Position numbers and translations under genes: made by a program
The notes under the pieces: generated by a model
What the model saw: only the letters and a program-made list of their open reading frames with translations
What the model was told of the DNA's origin: nothing
The model's database searches: none
Assembly: GCA_021154885.1 (NCBI GenBank)
Contig: JAJKHS010000055.1
Span: 1,559-65,558 of the forward strand
From: Thermoanaerobaculum sp.
GTDB taxonomy: Bacteria > Acidobacteriota > Thermoanaerobaculia > Multivoradales > UBA5704
Length of the DNA: 64,000 nucleotides
Reading direction: 5' to 3'
In this document: positions 29,091 to 37,659 of the stretch, one piece after another
Position numbering within the stretch: position 1 is the stretch's first letter
Layout of the letters: every line of letters begins with the position of its first letter

Positions 29091-30503
29091 TTACTGCTTC
29101 TGCAGGTGGATCCGCAGCCGGTTCTCCCCCTCCTCCACCCGCGTCACGGTCACCTTCGGACCGGCGAGGTCGAGGACGACGTGGAGCTCGTCGCCCGCAT
29201 GGAGACCGGTGCGCACCTGCAGCACTTCCGGGGTCCCCACCACCAGGCGGGCCGCCGGAGCGGGGCGCCTGATGCCGGAGATGCGGATCAGCTCGCGGGG
29301 CGGATTGCCGTCGATCCGCGTGCGGACGTAGCTCCCGGAGTGGATGGCGCCGTTGCCCCACAGGATGACGTCGGTGCCGCCGAAGGCCTTTTCGAAGGTG
29401 ATCTTTTCCACGCCCGTGGCCGCCGGTCCGTTGTCTTCGGGGATGGCGGGCACCGGCGCCGGCTTCTCGGATTGCGGCTTGGGACCGGGCCTGGGGCTCG
29501 CCGGCGTGGTCTGGGCGACGGGAGCGGGAGGCGCAGGAGTCGCTGCGGGAGGCGCGGGACGTACCGGGCTCACCTCGGTCTCCGGGCCGGCCGGCGCGCC
29601 CGCGGTATCGAGCGGGGGAGCCGACGCCGGCGTGGCGGCGGGCGAGGCCACGGGGAGGGCCGGCGTCCGCAGGCGCCCCGGCCGCCGGCGCACGGCGGGC
29701 GGAGATGCCTGGGCGACCTCGTTGCCGCCGCCCAGGCCCGCGAGGCCGAACAGCGTATCGCGGAACAGCCAGGCGCCCGCCGCCAGCCCCACCAGCACCG
29801 CCAGCAGGACCCACGGCAGGGCCCGGCGGGTCCGGGGTGGGGGCCCGCCGGCCAGGGTGGACGCGAAGAGCGGCGCCGCCGCGGGATCGTCGTCCACGGG
29901 AACGGGCGTGGCCTCCGGCTCCGGCCCGCCCGGAGGGAACCCGGGAAGGGGCTCCGCCGGCAGCGGCTCCCGCGCCTTCATCCAGTCGTCCCGGGACGGC
30001 TCATAGGGCGACGGATCGAAACCGCCTGGCTCTTCCGGCTCCTGCCTCGGGGACGGGAGCCAGGGAGCGGCGACGGCCGGAGGGGCCGCCACGGGCGGCG
30101 GGACCGGCACCGGATCCGAGGGACGCTGGGTGACGTCGAACGGCGTGCCCCCCTGCTGAATGTGGTGGTCGACGATGCGGTAGATCAGCTCCTTGCTTCC
30201 CAGGCTCAGCTCCAGGAAGCGGAGGCCCATGCCCGCCGGCCGCGCCGGACCCTCGTCCTCCGGCCGCACCCACACCACCTCGCCGCGCCCCTTGATCAGC
30301 TCGAAGCCGTCGCCCAGGCGGAACTCGAACTCGAGGACGGTGCCCGGCGGCTGCGGCGTACGGGTGCGGATGAACATCCCCCCGGGAGAGATGTTGGCGG
30401 AGAAGTCGCTCAGGAAACCGCTGAAGCGGTCGAACTTGAACTGGACGCGCGTCTCGAGGGGCACGCGTCGCGAATCGCGGGGGATATTGGAGTAGTCGAC
30501 CAT
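29091..30503 (-). CDS. PilZ (c-di-GMP-binding) domain - Pro-rich linker - TM - C-terminal AMIN domain protein
   Basis: N-term RDSRRVPLETRVQF...DFSANISPGGMF (RxxxR + D/NxSxGG PilZ signature); TM ALPWVLLAVLVGLAAGAWLF; C-term ...HAGDELHVVLDLAGPKVTVTRVEEGENRLRIHL resembles AMIN beta-sandwich repeat. Confidence 0.6.
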   Translation of the reverse strand: MVDYSNIPRDSRRVPLETRVQFKFDRFSGFLSDFSANISPGGMFIRTRTPQPPGTVLEFEFRLGDGFELIKGRGEVVWVRPEDEGPARPAGMGLRFLELSLGSKELIYRIVDHHIQQGGTPFDVTQRPSDPVPVPPPVAAPPAVAAPWLPSPRQEPEEPGGFDPSPYEPSRDDWMKAREPLPAEPLPGFPPGGPEPEATPVPVDDDPAAAPLFASTLAGGPPPRTRRALPWVLLAVLVGLAAGAWLFRDTLFGLAGLGGGNEVAQASPPAVRRRPGRLRTPALPVASPAATPASAPPLDTAGAPAGPETEVSPVRPAPPAATPAPPAPVAQTTPASPRPGPKPQSEKPAPVPAIPEDNGPAATGVEKITFEKAFGGTDVILWGNGAIHSGSYVRTRIDGNPPRELIRISGIRRPAPAARLVVGTPEVLQVRTGLHAGDELHVVLDLAGPKVTVTRVEEGENRLRIHLQKQ

Positions 30504-30596
30504 GGAGGACGCCGATCATAGCAGCATCGAAACGCGAGCCCTACACCGCTGGGAGGCCGCACGGGTTTATGGTAGAAAGGCGGCGGAGGCAACCCT

Positions 30597-31826
30597 ATGA
30601 GCACGACCGTGCTGGAAAACCAGGCCGCGACCACGGACCTGATCGCCCTCGAAGAGCGGTACGGAGCCCACAACTACCATCCTCTGGACGTCGTGGTGAG
30701 CCGCGCGGAAGGCGTCTGGGTCTGGGACGTCGAGGGCCGCAGATACCTCGATTTCCTCGCCGCCTACTCGGCGGTCAACCAGGGGCACTGCCACCCCGAG
30801 ATCCTGAAGGCGCTGGTAGAGCAGGCGCACCGCGTGACCCTCACCTCGCGGGCTTTCCGCAGCGATCAGCTCGGCCCCTTCTACCGGCAGGTCTGCGAGC
30901 TCACCGGCTTCCAGAAATTCCTGCCCATGAACACGGGCGCCGAGGCGGTGGAGACGGCCCTCAAGACCGCTCGCAAGTGGGCCTACAAGGTCAAGGGCGT
31001 GCCGGAAGGCAAGGCCGAGATCATCGCCTTCAACAACAACTTCCACGGCCGCACCATCACCATCGTCAGCTTCTCCACCGAAGCGGACTACCGCGACGGC
31101 TTCGGCCCCTTCACCCCCGGCTTCCGCGTCCTCCCCTACGGCGACGCCGACGCCGTGGAGAAGGCGATGCATGAGAACGTGGCGGCGGTGCTCGTCGAGC
31201 CCATCCAGGGCGAGGCGGGCATCGTCCTGCCGCCGGCCGGCTACCTCGGGCGGCTGCGGGAGATCACCCGGCGGCACGGCGCCCTGCTCATCGCCGACGA
31301 GATCCAATCCGGCCTCGGTCGCACCGGCAAGCTCTTCGCCTACCAGCACGAGGGCATCCGGCCCGACGTCGTGATCGTCGGCAAGGCTCTGTCGGGCGGC
31401 TTCTACCCGGTCTCCGGCATCCTCGCCGACGATCCGGTCATGGACGTCTTCAAGCCCGGCCAGCACGGCTCCACCTACGGCGGCAACCCCCTCGCCGTGG
31501 CCGTGGCCCAGGCCGCCCTGCGGGTGCTGGTCGAGGAGAGGATGGTGGAGAATTCCGCCGAGCTCGGCCCCTATTTCCTGGAGCGGCTGCGCCAGATCCA
31601 GTCGAGGCACGTCAAGGAGGTCCGCGGCCTGGGGCTTTGGATCGGCATCGAGCTGCACCGCGAGGCGGGGGGCGCCCGCCGCTTCTGCGAGGCGCTGCAG
31701 AAGGAAGGGCTGCTCTGCAAGGAGACGCACGACCATGTCATCCGCATCGCCCCCCCGCTGGTCATCAAGAAGGACGAGATCGACTGGGCGGTGGAGCGGC
31801 TGGAGAGGGTGCTGACGACGCTGTAA
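30597..31826 (+). CDS. rocD: ornithine--oxo-acid aminotransferase (class III PLP aminotransferase)
   Basis: [42 protein letters not shown]; 409 aa. Confidence 0.85.
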   Translation: MSTTVLENQAATTDLIALEERYGAHNYHPLDVVVSRAEGVWVWDVEGRRYLDFLAAYSAVNQGHCHPEILKALVEQAHRVTLTSRAFRSDQLGPFYRQVCELTGFQKFLPMNTGAEAVETALKTARKWAYKVKGVPEGKAEIIAFNNNFHGRTITIVSFSTEADYRDGFGPFTPGFRVLPYGDADAVEKAMHENVAAVLVEPIQGEAGIVLPPAGYLGRLREITRRHGALLIADEIQSGLGRTGKLFAYQHEGIRPDVVIVGKALSGGFYPVSGILADDPVMDVFKPGQHGSTYGGNPLAVAVAQAALRVLVEERMVENSAELGPYFLERLRQIQSRHVKEVRGLGLWIGIELHREAGGARRFCEALQKEGLLCKETHDHVIRIAPPLVIKKDEIDWAVERLERVLTTL

Positions 31827-31842
31827 CGACAAGGAGACCGCG

Positions 31843-32712
31843 ATGAGACAACATGTCCTTCTGACCGTCCTGACCCTGGTCCTGATCCCTGCCGCCGTCC
31901 ATGCCGCGGACGCGAAGACGGACGCCGCGCGCATGGCCCAGGAGCACAAGCATGACAAGCCGGCGCCGACCCAGGCGGCCGTGCAGGAGCCGTCGCACCC
32001 GGTGTCGACCGAGGAGGTGACCTACGCCGAAGTGGGCGGCAAGCCGGCCCGCGGCTACCTGGCGGCCCCCAAGGAGGCCAAGGGAAACCTGCCGGGGCTG
32101 ATCGTCATCCACGAGTGGTGGGGATTGAACGACAACATCCGCGCCATGACCCGGCGCCTCGCGGGCGAGGGCTACCGGGCTCTGGCCGTCGACCTCTACG
32201 GCGGCGCTACGGCGACCAGTCCCGACGCGGCCATCAAGCTGATGAACGTCGTGCTGGCGGACACGGCGCCGGCGGCGGCGAACCTCAAGCAGGCCGTCAC
32301 CTACCTCAAGGCCAAGGGGGTGAAGAAGATCGGCGTCATCGGCTGGTGCTTCGGCGGCGGCTGGTCGCTTCAGACGGCCCTGCTGGCCCCCAGCGACATC
32401 GATGCCACGGTCATCTACTACGGGCACCTGGAGACCAATCAGGCCCGGCTGGCGACGCTCAAGTCGCCGGTGATCGGCTTCTTCGGTGCCATTGACAAGA
32501 GCCTCCCCCTCGACGATATCCATGCCTTCGAAAACGACCTCAAGAAGCTGGGCAAGCCGGTGGAAATCCACATCTATGAAGGCGCTCCTCACGCCTTCGC
32601 CAACCCCTCCGCCGCCGGCTTCTACCGCCCTGAGCCGGCCAAGGACTCCTGGCAGCGGACGACGGCCTTCCTCGCGAAGTACCTGAAGGGGAGCGACGTC
32701 AAGAAGGGGTGA
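31843..32712 (+). CDS. secreted dienelactone hydrolase-family protein
   Basis: Signal peptide; GLIVIHEWWGLND, GVIGWCFGGG (nucleophile elbow), HAF; 289 aa. Confidence 0.75.
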   Translation: MRQHVLLTVLTLVLIPAAVHAADAKTDAARMAQEHKHDKPAPTQAAVQEPSHPVSTEEVTYAEVGGKPARGYLAAPKEAKGNLPGLIVIHEWWGLNDNIRAMTRRLAGEGYRALAVDLYGGATATSPDAAIKLMNVVLADTAPAAANLKQAVTYLKAKGVKKIGVIGWCFGGGWSLQTALLAPSDIDATVIYYGHLETNQARLATLKSPVIGFFGAIDKSLPLDDIHAFENDLKKLGKPVEIHIYEGAPHAFANPSAAGFYRPEPAKDSWQRTTAFLAKYLKGSDVKKG

Positions 32713-32816
32713 GCGGCCGGCCGCTCAGGGCTTGCTTCAAAATACCTGGCGGGGAGTGACGAATCTCTCGCCCTCCCCGCCAGGAATTACTACGATCGTC
32801 TGCCTGAAAGTTCCGC

Positions 32817-33056
32817 TTAGCGACTCGGAGTGGGGGTCGGGGTGGCGGTGGTGTGCTTCTTGTGGTGGCGGCGGTGGTGGGTGGTCTTCTTCTTCGTGGT
32901 CGTGGTGGCCGGCTTGGTCGGAGCCGGGCTGGTCGACGGAGCCGGGGTCGTGGTCTGGGGAGCGGCGAACACGGCGGTCGAGAGAGCGAGGCAGAGGGTC
33001 GCGAAAAGAGCGGTCTTACGCACTGTAGGATTCTCCCTGATTGGACCGAAGATCAT
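32817..33056 (-). CDS. small secreted Thr/Pro-rich, His/Lys-rich protein (hypothetical)
   Basis: MIFGPIRENPTVRKTALFATLCLALSTAVFAAPQTTTPAPSTSPAPTKPATTTTKKKTTHHRRHHKKHTTATPTPTPSR; low complexity, uncertain. Confidence 0.3.
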   Translation of the reverse strand: MIFGPIRENPTVRKTALFATLCLALSTAVFAAPQTTTPAPSTSPAPTKPATTTTKKKTTHHRRHHKKHTTATPTPTPSR

Positions 33057-33157
33057 CTTCGTTCCGCGCCGTATGATAGTGCATTCCTTGGGCCAAGCAA
33101 GAGCCAGTCCTGAAAATCGCTCCGAGGAACAACAAGAGGGAGCAGGGGAGGACGACC

Positions 33158-33997
33158 CTACCGCCCCGCCGGCGGATGCGCCGGGACCGGGTCTTCGGTC
33201 TTCGCCGCGGCACGGTCCGGCTTCCAACTCTGGTGGGAGAGGCCGTCGAGGGTGTAGGGGACGAGCTCCTGGCGGGGGTACCAGTGCCGGCTGTGCTCGG
33301 CGAAGCGGTCCAGTTTGTGGTGCCAGCGGAAGTGGGAGACGACGATGGACTTGCCGTCCACCTGGATCCAGTTGCAGGTGTTGCTCTCCCGCTCGCCTCC
33401 CCGGCCGCGGTTGGAGGTCGTCGTCCCCGAGTGGAGGATGACGACGGGCGGCCGGCCCTTGGGGTAGAACTCCTCGGAGTTGCCGATGTAGGCCTGGTGG
33501 AGGTGTCCCGAGAGGATGAGATCCACCCCGTTGCTGGAGAACAGGTCGATGGCCTCATAGGCGTTGGCCAGCACCCGCTGGGTGCCGAAATTTGGCGGTG
33601 GGATCAGGTGGTGGTGAGCGACCACCACCTTGCAGACCTCGTCCGGCACGGATTTCAGGATCTGCTCCACCTCCAGCAGGCGGCGGAGGGTGATCCGGCC
33701 GTCCTTGAGCGTCCAGCCGAAGGCGGTGTTGATCCCCACCACCAGCATCTCGTCGTCGCGGTAGACCGGCTCGAGTTCCGGGCTGAAGTACTTCTTGTAG
33801 GTGCCGAAAGGGTCGAAGACCCGCTCCCAGACGCGGTAGAGAGGAACGTCGTGGTTGCCCGGCACCACCAGGCTGGGCACCGGGAAGCGGTTCACGAAGG
33901 CACGGGCCTGCTGGAACTGCTCGGGCTTGGCCCGCTGCGTCAGGTCGCCGGAGACGACGACGAAGTCGGGCCGGTAGCGGTCGATCAGCTCCAGCAC
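33158..33997 (-). CDS. metallophosphoesterase (calcineurin-like); annotated from internal GTG because conserved N-terminal motif lies behind an in-frame TAA (see findings)
   Basis: GDLTQRAKPEQF, VPGNHD, VVAHHHLIPPP, LSGHLHQ motifs; upstream in-frame ADKALRTILHISDVHFGPPH preceded by TAA at 34079-34081. Confidence 0.65.
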   Translation of the reverse strand: MLELIDRYRPDFVVVSGDLTQRAKPEQFQQARAFVNRFPVPSLVVPGNHDVPLYRVWERVFDPFGTYKKYFSPELEPVYRDDEMLVVGINTAFGWTLKDGRITLRRLLEVEQILKSVPDEVCKVVVAHHHLIPPPNFGTQRVLANAYEAIDLFSSNGVDLILSGHLHQAYIGNSEEFYPKGRPPVVILHSGTTTSNRGRGGERESNTCNWIQVDGKSIVVSHFRWHHKLDRFAEHSRHWYPRQELVPYTLDGLSHQSWKPDRAAAKTEDPVPAHPPAGR

Positions 33998-34086
33998 CCC
34001 CTCGGAGACCCGGGGCAGGTGCGGCGGTCCGAAGTGGACGTCGGAGATGTGCAGGATCGTGCGCAGGGCCTTGTCCGCTTATCCGA

Positions 34087-34326
34087 TCATCCGAGCTCCC
34101 GGCCCAGGATCTGATGGACGTTCGCCGAGACCTGGGCCGCCGCGAAGGTGGAGACGGCGGCGAGGATCTCGCGGCCGTGGCGGCGGCCCAGGAAGAAGCC
34201 GCCAAGCGCGGCCAGCGCCAGGGCCGGCAGCGGATAGTTCTCCACCAGCCGTTCCCAGTCCAGCTCTGCCGGCACGAGCTCGTCGACCAGCTCGTCGACG
34301 ACCGAATCCCGCTCTATGACTTCCAT
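34087..34326 (-). CDS. small hypothetical protein with one TM helix
   Basis: MEVIERDSVVDELVDELVPAELDWERLVENYPLPALALAALGGFFLGRR...; RBS AGAGGAGA. Confidence 0.4.
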   Translation of the reverse strand: MEVIERDSVVDELVDELVPAELDWERLVENYPLPALALAALGGFFLGRRHGREILAAVSTFAAAQVSANVHQILGRELG

Positions 34327-34396
34327 GCAGGTCTCCTCTAAAAAAGCAAGCAGACAACTTCTTCTGACAAGCCACTGAGGGCCAGGCGATGAGGGT

Positions 34397-34786
34397 CTAC
34401 TCGTCGTCCCGCCCACCCCGGCGGCTCAGCAGGCCGAGGAGGAAACCGACGCCGGCGGCGATGAGCACCGACTTACCCGGGTTGTCCCGCACGTAGAGGC
34501 TGACCTCCCGCGAGAGAGTGGTGGCCTGCGAGCTGACGCGACGGTAGCTCTTCTCGGCCTTCTTGGATACCTCGTCGTAGGTGTCCTTCGCCCGCTCCGC
34601 CCCGCGGCGGATCTCCTTCGAGGCGCGCTCGGCGCCCCGGCGGACGTCCTCGGAGACCTTCTTGTACCGGTCCTGGACGTTGTCGCCCAACTTCTGGAAC
34701 CGCTGACGCGCGGCATCCACGCCGTCGGAAATCGTCTCGTGTGCCGTTTCGGCAGTGTCTTTGAGCTCGGACTTGAGGTCGGCCAT
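34397..34786 (-). CDS. YqjD/ElaB-family (DUF883) membrane-anchored stress protein
   Basis: Charged helical N-region then C-terminal GKSVLIAAGVGFLLGLLSRR anchor; RBS GGAGG. Confidence 0.6.
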   Translation of the reverse strand: MADLKSELKDTAETAHETISDGVDAARQRFQKLGDNVQDRYKKVSEDVRRGAERASKEIRRGAERAKDTYDEVSKKAEKSYRRVSSQATTLSREVSLYVRDNPGKSVLIAAGVGFLLGLLSRRGGRDDE

Positions 34787-34924
34787 CGCTACCTCCATGA
34801 TCCCAGAAGGGATGGTGGGAAATTCAAAGGAATCTGCCGGCGTCCGGCAGGAGCAACTACAGACTACCTAGCAGAAATCGTGCCGCCCGAGCGGGATTTC
34901 CCCGGTGCTAGACTCGCACCCGAC

Positions 34925-36271
34925 ATGGTAGACGTCGAGACGTCAGGCGACCTGACCCTCGTCGGCCGGCCCAGCCGGCGCGACGAGGGGGGGCCGTCGC
35001 TGCTGGGCCGGCTCGCCCGCTACTTCCACCTCACCTTCCGCCAGTCCTACGAGGACTCGATCCTGCTCACGGCCTCGGCGCTGGCCTGGGTCACCGCCCT
35101 CTCGCTGGTGCCGCTGATGTCGGTCTTCTCCTTCATCGGTGCCCGCGTCTTCAGCCAGTACCCGCAGCGGACCCTGGAGGTCTTCGTCCAGATCGTCCCC
35201 TACTCCGACAAGAGCGTGGTCGACAAGATCGCCGAGTTCCTCGATCAGGCGGAGACCATCCGCGGCTTCGGCATCGTCATGTTCTTCGCTACGACCCTGC
35301 TGCTCTTCTCGACAATTGAAGAGTCGCTCAACAAGATCTGGAATGTCTCCAAGGGTCGGCCGCTGCGGATGCGGCTCCTCTCCTTCATCCTCCTCCTGTT
35401 CTGGGGGCCGCTGCTGCTGGGCGCGACCTTCTCGAGCCTCATCCTGCTGCGCCAGACGCCGGCCCTGCGCCTGCTCTTCGAGCGCTCGTTCCTGCTCAAC
35501 GTGGTCCCCTTCGCCGCCACCGTCGTCGGCCTGACGACCCTCTACTGGGTCGTCCCGTATACCCGCGTGCGGCTGCGCAACGCCCTCGCCGGCGGGCTGC
35601 TCGCCGGCATCCTGCTCGAGATCCTGCGCCAAGGCTTCGGCTCCTATGTCGAGGTGTTCCGCAACGTCAGCATCGTCTACGGCAGCTTCGCCTTCGCCCT
35701 GCTGTTCATGATCTCCCTCGAGCTGATGTGGACCATCATCCTGTTCGGCGGCGAGGCGGCCTACACGGCGCAGCACTTCTCGCTGCTGGCCCGGGGCCTG
35801 CACCGCCATCCGCCGGTGCAGGCGAGCTGGGTAGGGCTCGCGGCCCTCCTCCTCATCGCCCGGCGGTTCGCCCGGGGCGAAACGTCCCTCTCCCGTGACA
35901 CCCTGGCCGACCGGCTCTGTCTCACCAACGGCGAGTTGGAGCGCATCCTCCACCCGCTGGTCACCCAGGACCTCCTCAAGATCCACGGCAAGGACGAGTA
36001 CGGCCTGGCGACCGACCCGAGCGAGCTGGCCGTGGACCAGGTGCTGGCGGCCTACGACCACCGGGCGAAGCGGGGCGCGGAGCTGGCCGGTGGGGAGATC
36101 GAGCGGCGGCTGGACGAGATCATCGGCGACCTGGCCACGGTCCGGGGCGGGCACCTGGCCGGCCTCACCCTCACCGGCCTGCTGAACCGCTGCGAGGCGT
36201 GCGAGACGCCGCGCTTGCCGGGGGGAGCCCCCGCGGGTACAATACCGCCCTCCCGCACCGTGGGGCAGTAG
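34925..36271 (+). CDS. YihY/BrkB-family inner membrane protein with ~130-aa C-terminal cytoplasmic extension; stop lies inside tRNA-Ala 5' end
   Basis: TASALAWVTALSLVPLM..., 6 TM helices pattern of YihY family. Confidence 0.65.
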   Translation: MVDVETSGDLTLVGRPSRRDEGGPSLLGRLARYFHLTFRQSYEDSILLTASALAWVTALSLVPLMSVFSFIGARVFSQYPQRTLEVFVQIVPYSDKSVVDKIAEFLDQAETIRGFGIVMFFATTLLLFSTIEESLNKIWNVSKGRPLRMRLLSFILLLFWGPLLLGATFSSLILLRQTPALRLLFERSFLLNVVPFAATVVGLTTLYWVVPYTRVRLRNALAGGLLAGILLEILRQGFGSYVEVFRNVSIVYGSFAFALLFMISLELMWTIILFGGEAAYTAQHFSLLARGLHRHPPVQASWVGLAALLLIARRFARGETSLSRDTLADRLCLTNGELERILHPLVTQDLLKIHGKDEYGLATDPSELAVDQVLAAYDHRAKRGAELAGGEIERRLDEIIGDLATVRGGHLAGLTLTGLLNRCEACETPRLPGGAPAGTIPPSRTVGQ

Positions 36272-36337
36272 CTCAGCTGGGAGAGCACCACGTTCGCAAC
36301 GTGGGGGTCGAGGGTTCGAATCCCTTCTGCTCCACCA
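36262..36337 (+). tRNA. tRNA-Ala (anticodon CGC), G3:U70 identity pair present
   Basis: GGGGCAGTAGCTCAGCTGGGAGAGCACCACGTTCGCAACGTGGGGGTCGAGGGTTCGAATCCCTTCTGCTCCACCA; anticodon loop TTCGCAA; encoded CCA. Confidence 0.9.
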
Positions 36338-36614
36338 TTCACCTTTCCTTCCGGGGTCCGCTCTTGCCGTGGGCAGCGCCACGTCCCGGAGCCGCCAGCG
36401 CCGGGATCGCGTCTCCCTTGCATCAAATCGCGGTCTGCCGTTCCTTACCGCGCCCGGCCACGATCTCTCCGCCCCTGCTCCATCTTCGTAGCGAAGGCCG
36501 TCACTTTTCTGCGGCTTGGTTACGGCCCTTCACCATTTCTGGTCATCGCGCGTAACCTATTGATTACGTGGGACTTGGATTGCCCGGGAGGAAAAAAACC
36601 TCTATGATTCCGGC

Positions 36615-36992
36615 GTGGTCACGAAAGAGGACGTCGCCCAAACCCTGAAGCGCCTGCGAGGCGGCCGCACGAAGGCGCAGTGCGCGAGAGAGGCGGGAAT
36701 CAACGCCAATGCCTGGACTCACTACGAGAAGGCGAGGCGCATGCCCAACCCGGAGACCAGCATCCTGCTCGCCAAGGGGCTGGGGGTCACCCTCGCCAAG
36801 CTCGAAGAAGAGATCCTGGTGAGCCGCAACGAGCGGCTGCGCAAGGAGGAGAAAGCTCGGACCGCGGACGAGGCGCCGCGCGCCGCTGCCGACGATCCCT
36901 ATCAGCGCGCGGTCCGGGAGGGACTGGACATCGTCCACCGGGAGCTCGAAAAAATCCTCCTCCTCGCCAACCCGAACCGCGGCCGGTCCTGA
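36615..36992 (+). CDS. XRE-family HTH transcriptional regulator (start codon uncertain: GTG 36615, poor RBS spacing)
   Basis: TLKRLRGGRTKAQCAREAGINANAWTHYEKARRMPNPETSILLAKGLGVTL. Confidence 0.5.
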   Translation: MVTKEDVAQTLKRLRGGRTKAQCAREAGINANAWTHYEKARRMPNPETSILLAKGLGVTLAKLEEEILVSRNERLRKEEKARTADEAPRAAADDPYQRAVREGLDIVHRELEKILLLANPNRGRS

Positions 36993-37005
36993 GCCTCGGC
37001 ACGCC

Positions 37006-37458
37006 TCACGAGCCGGAGAGCCCACCCATCTTGGTCGCTCCCCACACGGAGACGATCGCGAGGCTGACGCCGAAGAAGAGCAGGACGCCGAAGAAGAGCG
37101 CCCGGCCCAGGCGCTGACGCCCCTCCGAGGCGAGCAGGGTGAGGCCGACGATGAACTCCAGCAGGCAGAGCACGGGCAGGAGGCCGAGGATCGCGCAGCC
37201 GCTCTGCTTGTGGGCGTGGGTGAACAGCCAGGCGAACAGTCCCACCAGGACGAGATCGATGACCGCCACCGTCACCGCCCCCGGCCAGGAGGGCGGATCG
37301 GGCGGCGGCTCCGTCCCCTGGAAGACACGGAGGGCCCGCTCGACCGCGGCGGGTTTGTGCCCGGCCTTCACCATCTGCGCCCGCAGCGCGTCCAGGGAAA
37401 AGCGGCCGGCGTTCTCCGCCAGGTAGGAGAGCAGAGCGTCGAGGTCGCGTCGCGACAT
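37006..37458 (-). CDS. hypothetical membrane protein (2-3 TM)
   Basis: MSRRDLDALLSYLAEN... then hydrophobic segments; track N-extension rejected as GC shadow. Confidence 0.4.
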   Translation of the reverse strand: MSRRDLDALLSYLAENAGRFSLDALRAQMVKAGHKPAAVERALRVFQGTEPPPDPPSWPGAVTVAVIDLVLVGLFAWLFTHAHKQSGCAILGLLPVLCLLEFIVGLTLLASEGRQRLGRALFFGVLLFFGVSLAIVSVWGATKMGGLSGS

Positions 37459-37659
37459 GGAGAGGAAGGATAGCTGAGGGACGGCCCCACCTATCGAGCC
37501 TCCTGTCCCGCCAGCTCCGGCCGGAGCGTCCTTATAGATAGGGGCGGGCGGACCGCGGTCAACCTCCGAAGGCCACCAAGGACAGGTACAATCTCCATTG
37601 CTGAGCTTCGATACGTCCCGCCGAGCCTCAGCCTTGCAGCGTCCCTCAAGGAGATCGAC

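Noticed and set aside
27961-29814. 617-aa version of the amidase with 250-aa Arg/Gly/Pro-rich N-terminus
   Set aside because: Extension overlaps the PilZ-AMIN gene out of frame and has no sequence complexity; in-frame ATG at 29059-29061 gives a sensible TM-anchored amidase.
36604-36648. 14-codon ATG-initiated mini-ORF (MIPAWSRKRTSPKP) with good RBS just upstream of XRE regulator
   Set aside because: Too short and out of frame with the HTH ORF; noted only because it makes the true start of 36615-36992 uncertain (possible frameshift or leader peptide).
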